NCBI GenBank assembly: GCA_902630885.1
Contig: CACOWI010000005.1
Coordinates: 33,602-97,601, forward strand
Origin: an uncultured SAR86 cluster bacterium
GTDB taxonomy: Bacteria; Pseudomonadota; Gammaproteobacteria; Magnimaribacterales; D2472
DNA: 64,000 bases
Direction: 5' to 3'
The position numbers were made by a program, and so were the translations under genes. Below, one piece after another: positions 23,530-36,897 of the stretch. Each line of letters begins with the position of its first letter. Positions within the stretch are counted from its first letter, which is position 1. The notes beneath the pieces are model-generated. The model was not told where the DNA came from, made no database searches, and saw only the letters and a program-made list of their open reading frames with translations.

Positions 23530-24903
23530 TTAATCTAAATTTATATCAATATCCGGACAAATGCGAGAAAGTTCATCTATAAAATTCCTTTGAATAGTTT
23601 TTAAATCATCTTCAGTATTTCCTTCAAAGCGCATCACAAGTTTTGGAGTTGTGTTTGATGCTCTCAACAGCCCCCAACCGTTGTCAAAATTTATTCTTAA
23701 TCCATCAATAGTTATCTTTTCTCCCTTCAAATTACATCTTTTCGAGAAATCTTCAATTATTTTAAATTTAGTTTCATCCGTGACAGTTATATTTAATTCT
23801 GGAGTTGAGAAGAGGCTCGGCAGTTCTTCATTTAGTGATGAAATACTTTTTTTACTGTCTGATATCAATTCAATTATTCTTGCTCCTGAATAATGACCAT
23901 CATCAAAACCGTACCATTTATCATTAAAGAATATGTGTCCACTCATTTCACCAGCTAACAAGGGATTATGATCTTTGATACCATTTTTAATATGAAAGTG
24001 ACCTGTTGGCGACATTATTGGTGTACCGCCTAAATCTTTAATAAGATTTTGTAGAGCATTTGAACACTTAACATCAAAAATAATAGACCCTTTATTTTTA
24101 TTGAGAATTTGCTTGCTGAACATCATAAGAATTTTATCAGGATAAATAACTTGGCCTTTATCAGTAACTAATCCTACTCGGTCGCCATCACCATCAAATG
24201 CTAAACCCAAATCAGCCTTTGTTGATTTAACTCTTTCAATTAAATCTTTCAAATTTTCTAATTTTCCAGGATCAGGATGATGATTAGGAAAGTTACCATC
24301 GACTTCACTATAGAGCTCAACAACTTCACATCCTAATTCTTTGAATAATTTTGGAGCTATGCATCCCGCAGCACCATTTCCACAATCAATTACAACTTTT
24401 ATTTGAACATCATCTGCAATTTGAATGCTATTTTTTACTTCTTCAATATATTTACTTTTGATATCTATGTACTCAATTTTGCCTGGAACTTCGGATCTGT
24501 TTTTATTTTTAACTATCAGTCTATATATTTCATTACCAGAGACTGGCTTATCATTGATAATTAGCTTTATGCCATTATAGTTTTTTGGGTTATGGCTTCC
24601 TGTAATCATTACACCACTTTTGTATTTATTTTGTTTTGCAGCAAAGTAGAGAAGTGGAGTAGTAACTAGCCCAATATTTTTTACATTTATTCCATATTCG
24701 GAAAGAGATTTTTCTAATGAATTTAGCAAAGACTCTCCTGAAAGCCTTCCATCTCTGCCAATGCATATTTCTTGAACATTTTCTTGTTCACATTTAATAG
24801 CAATTGCTTTTGATATATGGCTTATTGAATTTTCGTCTATTTGATCAGGATAAATACCCCTAATATCATATTCTCTAAAAATTGATTTTGATATTTCCAT
24901 CAT
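23530..24903 (-). CDS. algC: Phosphomannomutase/phosphoglucomutase
   Basis: FREYDIRG, active-site TGSHNP, FDGDGDRVG, GEMSGHIFF, and GWGLLRASNTTP..VMRFE; near-colinear with P. aeruginosa AlgC. Confidence 0.9.
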   Translation of the reverse strand: MMEISKSIFREYDIRGIYPDQIDENSISHISKAIAIKCEQENVQEICIGRDGRLSGESLLNSLEKSLSEYGINVKNIGLVTTPLLYFAAKQNKYKSGVMITGSHNPKNYNGIKLIINDKPVSGNEIYRLIVKNKNRSEVPGKIEYIDIKSKYIEEVKNSIQIADDVQIKVVIDCGNGAAGCIAPKLFKELGCEVVELYSEVDGNFPNHHPDPGKLENLKDLIERVKSTKADLGLAFDGDGDRVGLVTDKGQVIYPDKILMMFSKQILNKNKGSIIFDVKCSNALQNLIKDLGGTPIMSPTGHFHIKNGIKDHNPLLAGEMSGHIFFNDKWYGFDDGHYSGARIIELISDSKKSISSLNEELPSLFSTPELNITVTDETKFKIIEDFSKRCNLKGEKITIDGLRINFDNGWGLLRASNTTPKLVMRFEGNTEDDLKTIQRNFIDELSRICPDIDINLD

Positions 24904-24963
24904 TTTTCTTTAGTTATATGTATGATTTTGCAATAATACTTATTCACAATTATATCTTGAAAC

Positions 24964-25884
24964 GTGTTTGTAAATACTGAAAATAAATATATATGGAAAA
25001 ATGGGTCATTTGAAAAATGGAATGATTCAAATGTACATATTTTATCTCATACTTTGCATTACGGAACTGGCGTATTTGAGGGTGTTAGGGCATACAAAAC
25101 TGAAAGTGGCCCAGCAATATTTAGGTTAATCGATCATACCAACAGACTTTTTGATGCAGCCTCAAAAATTAGTATAAAAATCCCATTTTCAGAATCTGAA
25201 TTAAATGCAGCTCAGTGTGACACTCTTTTGAAAAACAATCTTGAAGAGGGTTACATAAGACCTATTGTTTATTTGGGTAATGAAGGTCTTGGACTAAGGG
25301 CAAAAGACTTAAGTATAAATGTAGCTATTGCTGCATGGGAATGGCCATCATATATGGACCCAAAAGCGAAAGAAAATGGTATTTCTGTTATGAAATCTTC
25401 ACATAAACAATATGAAAACCCACTTCACTCAGGTAACAAAATAATTGGAACTTATTTTAGCAATACAATGGCTCTTCATGAAGCTTTAGACAACGGAGCT
25501 GATGAAGCAATAATGCTTGATAAAGATGGATTCATATCTGAGGGAAGTGGTGAGAACATTTTTATTGTTAAAAATGATAGTATTTTTACTCCAACTACAA
25601 ATCACTGTTTAAACGGAATTACAAGGCAGTCAGTTATTCAGATTGCAAAAGATTTAGATTTCAGTATCCAAGAGAAAAATCTTGAATATGATGATTTACT
25701 TAATGCTGATGAGGCATTCTTTACAGGAACTGCTGTTGAAATAACGCCAATTTCAAAACTTGATAATAACTTAATAAGTAAAGGATCTAGAGGTGAAATT
25801 ACACAGCGACTTCAGGAAAAATTTCAAGAAATAATATATGGTCAAGATAAGTCCTATCAAAACTGGTTAACATATATTAAATAA
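24964..25884 (+). CDS. ilvE: Branched-chain amino-acid aminotransferase
   Basis: GTG start. YIWKNG..., LHYGTGVFEGVRAY, EGSGENIFIVK and FFTGTAVEITP parallel E. coli IlvE. Confidence 0.9.
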   Translation: MFVNTENKYIWKNGSFEKWNDSNVHILSHTLHYGTGVFEGVRAYKTESGPAIFRLIDHTNRLFDAASKISIKIPFSESELNAAQCDTLLKNNLEEGYIRPIVYLGNEGLGLRAKDLSINVAIAAWEWPSYMDPKAKENGISVMKSSHKQYENPLHSGNKIIGTYFSNTMALHEALDNGADEAIMLDKDGFISEGSGENIFIVKNDSIFTPTTNHCLNGITRQSVIQIAKDLDFSIQEKNLEYDDLLNADEAFFTGTAVEITPISKLDNNLISKGSRGEITQRLQEKFQEIIYGQDKSYQNWLTYIK

Positions 25885-25888
25885 AGCT

Positions 25889-27142
25889 TTGCGTAATTTA
25901 AAAATAGCAATTCTAAGTTATCGAAGTGCACAGTTTGGCGGCGGTCAAGGTGTTTACGTAAAAGATATTTCATATGCATTAAGTTTGATGGGACACGCTG
26001 TTGATGTTATCTCAGGACCACCATATCCGAATCTACATGATGACATTAATTTAATAAAATTACCTGGACTAGATTTATTTGAAACTTTTGATTTTAAAGA
26101 TAGGTGTAATAAATTTCTTAAGAAAAGAAATAAGAATAAAAATGATTACTATGAGTTTTTATCGGTTTTGATGGGCGGCTTTCCTGAACCAAAAACATTT
26201 GGTGAAAGAGCAAATGAATATTTAAAGATTAATAATGATTATGATTTAGTTATTGATAATCAATCTTTGAGTTATGGAATTCTAGAAATTCAAAAACGAT
26301 TGCCTTTTATCGAAATTATTCATCATCCTATAACTATTGACTATAAGTATGAACTTCAGTCATCTAAAAAAATTAAATACAAAATTTCTAGGCACAGATG
26401 GTATTCATTTTTAAAAATGCAAAAAAAAGTTGCACCAAGCATTAAGAGAATAATTACTCCATCAAATAGTTCAAAAAAAGGAATCGTTGATGAATTCAAA
26501 TGTAATAAAAATAATATAACTGTAATAAATAATGGCCTAGATACAAACGAATTCGCACCTATAAAAAATTTTTCAAGAAATAAATATAGACTTATTACTA
26601 CTGCAAGTGCTGATGTTCCGCTAAAGGGTTTGGATTATTCATTAAAGGCCTTAAAAATGCTCAAAAAAGATTTCCCAAAGATACATCTAATAGTAATTGG
26701 AAATATTAAAAAAAATGGGCATACAGAAAGATTAATAAAAAAATTAAATCTTGAGGAAGATATATTCTTTAAATCCAATTTAACAAAACATCAAATTAGA
26801 GAGCTCTATGCCTCAAGCTCAATTGCTATAGTAAGCTCTTTGTATGAAGGTTTTGGTTATCCCGTTATAGAAGCAATGAGTTGCGAAATACCTCTAATTG
26901 CAACAAATGTCTCTGCAATTCCTGAGCTTACATCAAACTATGCAAGATTAATTGAATCCAAAAATGAAGAAATGATCTTTAATAGTGTTAAGGAGATATT
27001 TTTAGATTATCCTAAACATATTGAAGTTGCTCGTAAGGCTAGGGAGCACGTAATTAAAAATTTTAACTGGATTAAGATTACAGAAGAGTATGAGAAAATT
27101 ATTTCCAAAACTATAGAAGAATTTAATAATGCTAACTTTTAA
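25889..27142 (+). CDS. GT4-family (GT-B fold) glycosyltransferase
   Basis: TTG start 4 nt after the ilvE stop. N-terminal FGGGQGVYVKD..L..GH.VDV, and the C-terminal retaining-GT signature SSLYEGFGYPVIEAMSCEIPLIATNVSAIPE. Confidence 0.8.
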   Translation: MRNLKIAILSYRSAQFGGGQGVYVKDISYALSLMGHAVDVISGPPYPNLHDDINLIKLPGLDLFETFDFKDRCNKFLKKRNKNKNDYYEFLSVLMGGFPEPKTFGERANEYLKINNDYDLVIDNQSLSYGILEIQKRLPFIEIIHHPITIDYKYELQSSKKIKYKISRHRWYSFLKMQKKVAPSIKRIITPSNSSKKGIVDEFKCNKNNITVINNGLDTNEFAPIKNFSRNKYRLITTASADVPLKGLDYSLKALKMLKKDFPKIHLIVIGNIKKNGHTERLIKKLNLEEDIFFKSNLTKHQIRELYASSSIAIVSSLYEGFGYPVIEAMSCEIPLIATNVSAIPELTSNYARLIESKNEEMIFNSVKEIFLDYPKHIEVARKAREHVIKNFNWIKITEEYEKIISKTIEEFNNANF

Positions 27143-27833
27143 TTTTAAAAAATATGACTTAAATAAAGAGGGGTCAATGCTTGACGTTGGCTGTGGCGAA
27201 GGCAGACACATATTTGGAGTAATGCAGGAATATCCAATGATGAAATGTATTGGTCTGGATATGGATAATGATTCTCTTCAAAAAGCCGAAGAGGGCTATG
27301 CATATTTTGAATCAATATCTGATGCAGGTGCTGAATTTATGAAAGGATCAGCATACTCACTGCCTTTTTCAGATAATACTTTTGATCTAATAGTTTGTTC
27401 AGAAGTTTTAGAACATCTACATGAATATAATGACGCAGTTATAGAAATAAATAGAGTTTTAAAGCCAGGAGGAAAATTTTACGCAAGTGTTCCTGCTTCT
27501 TGGCCTGAAAAGATTTGTTGGTATTTATCTAAGGATTATCAAAATCAGCCTGGAGGGCACTTAAGAATTTTTAATCAAAGAGAGCTTATTAATGAAATTG
27601 AGGAATGTGGATTTAAATTTCTCTCATCTGAAAAATTTCATTCGATTCATAGTCCATATTGGTGGTTGAGGTGTTTGTTTTGGAATTCACAGGATACAAA
27701 TTTAATTGTAAGAGCATATAAGAAAATTCTTGAAAGACATATTCTTAAAAAACCTAAAATCATTGATAGTGTTGATAAATTAATGAATCCGATCATGGGT
27801 AAAAGCTTTTCGATGTATTTTGAAAAGATGTAA
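27129..27833 (+). CDS. Class I SAM-dependent methyltransferase (type 11-like)
   Basis: MLDVGCGEGRH (motif I), FDLIVCSEVLEHL, LKPGGKF. The start overlaps the GT4 gene by 14 nt. Confidence 0.8.
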   Translation: MLTFNFKKYDLNKEGSMLDVGCGEGRHIFGVMQEYPMMKCIGLDMDNDSLQKAEEGYAYFESISDAGAEFMKGSAYSLPFSDNTFDLIVCSEVLEHLHEYNDAVIEINRVLKPGGKFYASVPASWPEKICWYLSKDYQNQPGGHLRIFNQRELINEIEECGFKFLSSEKFHSIHSPYWWLRCLFWNSQDTNLIVRAYKKILERHILKKPKIIDSVDKLMNPIMGKSFSMYFEKM

Positions 27834-27835
27834 AA

Positions 27836-28882
27836 ATGCATCATCCAAAAAAAATATACTCTTCAAAAGACTTGGAGATCAAATTTTTTAGAAACCTCGG
27901 TAAATACATAAAAAATATTCAGCATGAATCTGGCGCAATACCATCTAACGAAGATGGCTCGCATGATCCATGGGATCATATTGAGTCAATAATGGGATTA
28001 AATTTTTCAAATGAATATGAAGCCTCCAAGAGAGCATTTAATTGGCTCATAAGAAATCAAAATATAGATGGCAGTTGGTACGCAAAATATAAAAACGATA
28101 CTCCAATTGAAAAAAATAAACCAACTCATTTTGGACCATATATATCAGTAGCAGCCTTACATTTTTACAAAATTTCTAAAGATAAAGATTTTCTAGAAAA
28201 AGTTTGGCCAACAATTGAATTAGCAATTAATTTTTCAGTAAATCTTCAAACAAAAAACGGGACAATACCATGGTCAATTGATAAGCATGAAGAAATAGAA
28301 CATGATTTTCTAATAACTGGCTCATCTTCAATTTTAAAAAGCATTGAATGTGGATTAGCAGTTTCTAAAATTTTGAATAAGCGTGAAAATACTGAAAGTT
28401 GGATAAAATCCTATGATCTGCTTTCTGAAGCAATTAAAAATCCAAATGGAAAATTTGATATTCTAAAAGATAGAAAAAGATTTTCTATGGATTCCTATTA
28501 TCCAATTCTATCGGGATGCTTAAATAAAAATCAAATCAAACTTTATATAGATAAAATTTTTGCTGATTTTTACGTAAATAAAATTGGTGTAAAGTGCGTT
28601 ATTGAAGAGCCATGGGTCACTGTTGCTGAAACTTCAGAATTCATAGTATCTCTTATGATTTCTGGTGATTTTAATAAAGCCAAACAACTTCTTAATGATA
28701 TTTTGAATATTTCTGATGAAAACAAAATTCCTTATATGGGATGGCAGTATAAAGAAAATATTTTTTGGCCAAATGAAAAACCAAGTTGGACTGCTGCAGC
28801 TCTTATTATTGCTGCTGATTCTGTCCTAAATTTTTCAAGCGCTTCCGATTTATTTTTGAAGAATCAATCATCCCTTTATTAG
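27836..28882 (+). CDS. Alpha/alpha-toroid protein (prenyltransferase / terpene-cyclase-repeat-like, or six-hairpin glycosidase-like)
   Basis: 348 aa with QW-like repeats (WLIRNQNIDGSWYAKY, QTKNGTIPWSI, ESGAIPSNEDGSHDPWDH). Assignment is from pattern only. Confidence 0.4.
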   Translation: MHHPKKIYSSKDLEIKFFRNLGKYIKNIQHESGAIPSNEDGSHDPWDHIESIMGLNFSNEYEASKRAFNWLIRNQNIDGSWYAKYKNDTPIEKNKPTHFGPYISVAALHFYKISKDKDFLEKVWPTIELAINFSVNLQTKNGTIPWSIDKHEEIEHDFLITGSSSILKSIECGLAVSKILNKRENTESWIKSYDLLSEAIKNPNGKFDILKDRKRFSMDSYYPILSGCLNKNQIKLYIDKIFADFYVNKIGVKCVIEEPWVTVAETSEFIVSLMISGDFNKAKQLLNDILNISDENKIPYMGWQYKENIFWPNEKPSWTAAALIIAADSVLNFSSASDLFLKNQSSLY

Positions 28883-29470
28883 ACAAGCTATAGTATCCAC
28901 TCGCTCATAAAGTTTGTATTTATTTTTTAATGCTTTTTGAAATATTTTATATGGCGCTTGGCCGCCCTCATTAGGATTTTCAAATATGTCGTGTATTACC
29001 AAGCAACCATCAGTGATAATTTTTGATTCCCAGTATTTATAATCATTATTAGCCGATTCATATGAATGCCCACCATCAATAAAAAGCAAACTAATATTTG
29101 ACTGCCAATTTTTAGATAATCGTTTAGATTCTCCAATTATTGGAACAATATTTTCTGCCTTACATTTATTTATGTTTTTAATTAACAATGGAAGGGTATT
29201 TACTCTGTTATTTTTGTAATCATATATTTCTTCATCAAAATATTCCTCATTAAATTGATGTTCTTCTGAGCCAAGATGGTGATCTATCGTATAAACATAC
29301 TCATTATTTTTTTTTGCTCCTAAAGAAAGATACAAAGAAGACTTCCCACAATAAGTTCCAATTTCCATAATAGGCCCAAGTTTCGAAAAGTTTTTTGCCC
29401 ATTTAAAAAGGGCCTTACCTTCGTGTTCAGGCATAAACCCCTTTATTTTTCTTATTTGATCAAAGTTCAC
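28868..29470 (-). CDS. Class I SAM-dependent methyltransferase (Methyltransf_24 / O-methyltransferase-like)
   Basis: 200 aa with MEIGTYCGKSSLYL, FIDGGHSYE and CLVIHD. The GTG start overlaps the lpxL stop (GTGA), indicating translational coupling to lpxL. Confidence 0.7.
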   Translation of the reverse strand: MNFDQIRKIKGFMPEHEGKALFKWAKNFSKLGPIMEIGTYCGKSSLYLSLGAKKNNEYVYTIDHHLGSEEHQFNEEYFDEEIYDYKNNRVNTLPLLIKNINKCKAENIVPIIGESKRLSKNWQSNISLLFIDGGHSYESANNDYKYWESKIITDGCLVIHDIFENPNEGGQAPYKIFQKALKNKYKLYERVDTIACLIKG

Positions 29471-30339
29471 TTATAAATTTTTTCCTTTCCAAGAGTTGAT
29501 TTAAACCTTCTATGCTGCCAAAGGTATTCATGAGGATGAAGTTTTATCTTATTTTCAATAGTTAAATTTAATTGTTTTGAAAATTTCTCAGTTGATGATT
29601 GGTCAAGATTTAATTCTTCAAGCTCTAATATTAGCTCTCCCTCATTAAAAAAAGAGTTAATAAAAAAAACTTTACATCCGGTCTTTTCAATTATTTTTAA
29701 TGGTGCTGTTACAGTTGCGGCAGGAATACCAAAAAAGTTTAGCTCAATAGACTTTTTGATCCCATAATCTTGATCTGGAGCATATAAAACAGTCTTACCT
29801 TTTTTTAACCATTTGATAAAAGTAAAAGTATTATCTCTATCTGTTATTCCTCTCAAGCTTTTAAGTCTTCCTGATCTTTGAATATTTTCAAACATTTTTG
29901 AATTATGTTTTCTTTCAATACCATAAATTTCTGCATGCATAGCTATTATTCTTGAATCAAGTTCAAGATGAAGAGAATGTTTAAATAACAAAAGAATACC
30001 ACTTCCAGTATCTTGATTCCTTAATATATCTTGCAGACCATTAATTTTATAAGGAATGTTTTTTTTAATTCTTTCATTTGACCAGAACCATGCAATGCCC
30101 GTATAAAATATAGCTTTTGCAAATTCAATTGTATTTTCTTTGTGAATGTTATTTCTATCGTATTTATTCAGATCCTTAAAACATAACTCAATATTTACTT
30201 TGCTTATTTTATTTCTCTTCAAAGGTAATGAATTAATCAAACTACCAATAACAGTTGCTAATACATATTGAAACTTTATTGGAAAAAGAATTAATATTTT
30301 CCAAAAACTTATAAGAATTATTAATAAAGCATTTTTCAT
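29467..30339 (-). CDS. lpxL: Kdo2-lipid IVA late (lauroyl/myristoyl) acyltransferase, LpxL/LpxM family
   Basis: 290 aa with an N-terminal TM helix, an HS...D acyltransferase region and the C-terminal HPHEYLWQHRRFK signature. Divergent from waaA. Confidence 0.75.
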   Translation of the reverse strand: MKNALLIILISFWKILILFPIKFQYVLATVIGSLINSLPLKRNKISKVNIELCFKDLNKYDRNNIHKENTIEFAKAIFYTGIAWFWSNERIKKNIPYKINGLQDILRNQDTGSGILLLFKHSLHLELDSRIIAMHAEIYGIERKHNSKMFENIQRSGRLKSLRGITDRDNTFTFIKWLKKGKTVLYAPDQDYGIKKSIELNFFGIPAATVTAPLKIIEKTGCKVFFINSFFNEGELILELEELNLDQSSTEKFSKQLNLTIENKIKLHPHEYLWQHRRFKSTLGKEKIYK

Positions 30340-30385
30340 TTGATATTAAGATGTATCATTACATTATTAAATTGTTAGATATTTT

Positions 30386-31960
<1,575 letters not shown>

Positions 31961-31961
<1 letters not shown>

Positions 31962-32899
31962 TAGACAAATCACATAAATCAATAGTATTTCTTTTTGGGC
32001 CAACAGCATCAGGAAAATCAGATTTAGCAATAAATTTTGCAAAAAAATATCCTATAGAGTTGATTAGTGTAGACTCAGTCATGGTTTATAAAGACTGCAA
32101 CATAGGTTCTGCAAAACCTTGTAAAAATATACTTGAGAAACATCATCATCATTTGGTCGACATTGTTACCCCGGATAAAGTCTTTACGGTTGCAGATTTT
32201 TACAAACATTCAATAAAAATAATCGAAGAAATTCACAATAAGAACAAACTACCAGTATTTGTTGGGGGTTCTATGATGTATTTTAAATCTTTATACACAG
32301 GAATAAATGATTTGCCAGAAAGAGATCAAAAATTTAGAGATAGTATGATTAAACTTAAGTTAGATAGTGAGGACTTTTTTTTGCATAAAAAGCTAAATCA
32401 AATAGATCCTGATTATGCTAATAAAATTAACAAAAATGATGAAGTGAGGATCATTAGAGCTCTAGAGGTATATAAAAAAACTGGAAAAAAAATGAGTGAA
32501 ATTTTTTCTGATGACACAAAAAATAATCTATCAGATAAATTTAACGTTCTTCAATATTGCATTTCTGTTGATAGAGATACTCTCCATAATAGAATTGAAG
32601 CTAGATTAAAAAAGATAATTGAACAAGGTTTGGTGGACGAAGCAACGAATATACTAAATAAATACAATATTGATTTTGATCATCCTCTAAGAAAATCAGT
32701 TAACTATAAACAAGCATTTGATTTCATTGAAAAAAAGTATGATCACGAAACTTTTTTTAACAAAGCACTTTACGCAACTAGACAGCTAGCAAAAAGACAA
32801 ACTACATGGATAAGAAGTTGGGATAAATTTAAAGAAATCAAACTAAACAAGTTTTCAATGCTTGAAAATGACATTAAAAAATTAATTACGGCACTTTAA
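31961..32899 (+). CDS. miaA: tRNA dimethylallyltransferase (start codon unresolved, possibly ATA 31961)
   Basis: The track ORF starts at TTG 32060, but the essential P-loop IVFLFGPTASGKS (GPTASGKS = 31997..32020) is encoded upstream in the same frame. That frame is open only from 31949 and holds no ATG/GTG/TTG before the P-loop. The rest is typical: ELISVDSVMVYKDCNIGSAKP, FVGGSMMYFKSL, ATRQLAKRQTTWIR. Confidence 0.85.
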
Positions 32900-32960
32900 A
32901 TGTGATAATAAGTCCCAACATAAGTTTATAATACTAGTTTCAAATGAGGTAATACAAAAA

Positions 32961-33990
32961 GTGAATTGGGAAAATCAAAATAAAGACCCTTGGGGTAATA
33001 AAAATGACGCACCGGATTTTGATGAGTTAATGAAGAAATTTTCATCTATTCTCGGAGGTAAAAAATCATCTTCTAATGGGTCAGGCGATAGCGGAAATGG
33101 CGGTGGATTTAAGTTCCCTTCATCAAGAATATTTATATATGCTTTGTTTGGATTTTCGATTGTATATGCGACTCAATGTATATATCAATTAGATGCCTCT
33201 GAAAGAGCAGTAATATTAAGACTTGGTAAGTTTTATGAAGAACAGGAAGAAGGCCTTAACTTCAGATTAGCTGGAATAGATGACAGATACATTGAGAATG
33301 TGTCTCTAACAAGAAGATATACGCAAACAAACAGCATGCTTACAAAAGATGAAAATATCGTTGACGTAACAGTTTCAGCTCAATATAGAATTGCAAATTT
33401 AAAAGATTTTGTTCTTAACGTTAAGGATCCTGAAGGCAGTCTAAGAAATGCTATTGAGAGTGCATTAAGGCATGTGGTTGGTGATAACACTTTAGATCAA
33501 ACTTTAACTGTTGGAAGAGAGAATATCGCACAAGAAGTTCAAACTAGACTTCAATCATACTTAGATATTTATCAAACAGGTTTGATTGTTCAACAAGTAA
33601 ACATCGAAAAAACAGATCCTCCTGCTGCAGTGAAGAATGCTTTTGACGATGTTGTTGCTGCAAGAGAGGACAAAGAGAGATTGCAAAATGAAGCCGAAAG
33701 ATATGCACTATCAATTGTTCCTGAAGCTAGAGGCCAAGCTCAGGCAAGAATCAGAGGTGCTGAGGCTTATAAAGAAGAGGTAGTCGCTAAAGCTGAAGGT
33801 GAAGTTGAGAGATTTAATCAACTTCTTGAGGAATATACAAAAGCTCCTGAGGTTACAAGAGATAGATTATATCTAGATGCATTGCAATCAGTTTTATCTA
33901 ATTCAACAAAAATTATGGTCGATGTTGAAGGTGGCAACAATCTCTTATACCTGCCGCTTGATAAAATAATGGAAGAAAATAAAAAGAAAG

Positions 33991-34007
<17 letters not shown>
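32961..34007 (+). CDS. hflK: FtsH protease modulator HflK
   Basis: GTG start preceded by GAGGT. N-terminal NKDPWG, TM helix, SPFH domain (LTKDENIVDVTVSAQYRI, PPAAVKNAFDDVVAARED, EAERYALSIVPEARGQAQ). Confidence 0.9.
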
Positions 34008-36092
<2,085 letters not shown>

Positions 36093-36095
36093 CTT

Positions 36096-36509
36096 TTAGA
36101 TATTTTTTTTTATAATTTTATCCAAAGTAGCATTTAAAAACTTATAAGAATCTGGACTTGAAAATTTCTTTGCTAATCTTATCGATTCGTCAATGATAAT
36201 TGGTTTGTCTATAGAGCCATACACCATTTCATTGATTGCAAAAATGAGAATTGACTTGTCAATTAACTCTAAACTTGAGTCTGAGATATTTAAAGATTTA
36301 ATTATTGATTCAATATTTTTTTTATTTTTTTCAATTGACTTTAGTGATTTTGAAAACATTTTAAAATCTAATTTTTTATTTTTATGTTCATTCTTGAACT
36401 GAATTATTATCTTTTCAATGCCATCATTACTAAATAACATTTGATAAATTGCTTGAATTAAATACTCTCTTGTTTTGATTATTATCTTGAAGTTAGATAG
36501 ATTTTTCAT
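36096..36509 (-). CDS. nusB: Transcription antitermination factor NusB
   Basis: 137 aa, immediately downstream of ribH (conserved ribH-nusB pairing). N-terminal REYLIQAIYQ pattern and a helical protein of the expected size. Confidence 0.7.
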   Translation of the reverse strand: MKNLSNFKIIIKTREYLIQAIYQMLFSNDGIEKIIIQFKNEHKNKKLDFKMFSKSLKSIEKNKKNIESIIKSLNISDSSLELIDKSILIFAINEMVYGSIDKPIIIDESIRLAKKFSSPDSYKFLNATLDKIIKKNI

Positions 36510-36897
36510 TGATGAGATGTATTAAAGCATTTGAATTATTTTCAGTATTTTTTTCCAATCTCTCAATAAGTTGCTTTTCATTTTCAACACATAAAACATT
36601 ATTAATTATTGCAACATCAAAATATTTTTCTGCAAGTGAACCAATAGATCTAAAGGTTTCCTGAGTGACTAAATCATAATGACTTGTTTCGCCTCTTATG
36701 ATAACGCCTAAAAATAGGACACCAACATAGTTATTCTTATCTAATTTACTTTTTGCAAGAGCAGCAAGTTCAATCGCACCAGGGGCTTGTGATACAGAGC
36801 ACTTGAATTCACCACCTAAGATATCCTTGGAAACTTTAAGCATATTAGAAATGTAATTTTCGTACCAGGATGTATGAACTATTAATATATTATTCAT
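36493..36897 (-). CDS. ribH: 6,7-dimethyl-8-ribityllumazine synthase (short form)
   Basis: 134 aa with APGAIELAALAK, LGVIIRGETSHYDLV and position between ribB and nusB. Shorter than the usual ~155 aa. Confidence 0.7.
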   Translation of the reverse strand: MNNILIVHTSWYENYISNMLKVSKDILGGEFKCSVSQAPGAIELAALAKSKLDKNNYVGVLFLGVIIRGETSHYDLVTQETFRSIGSLAEKYFDVAIINNVLCVENEKQLIERLEKNTENNSNALIHLINEKSI

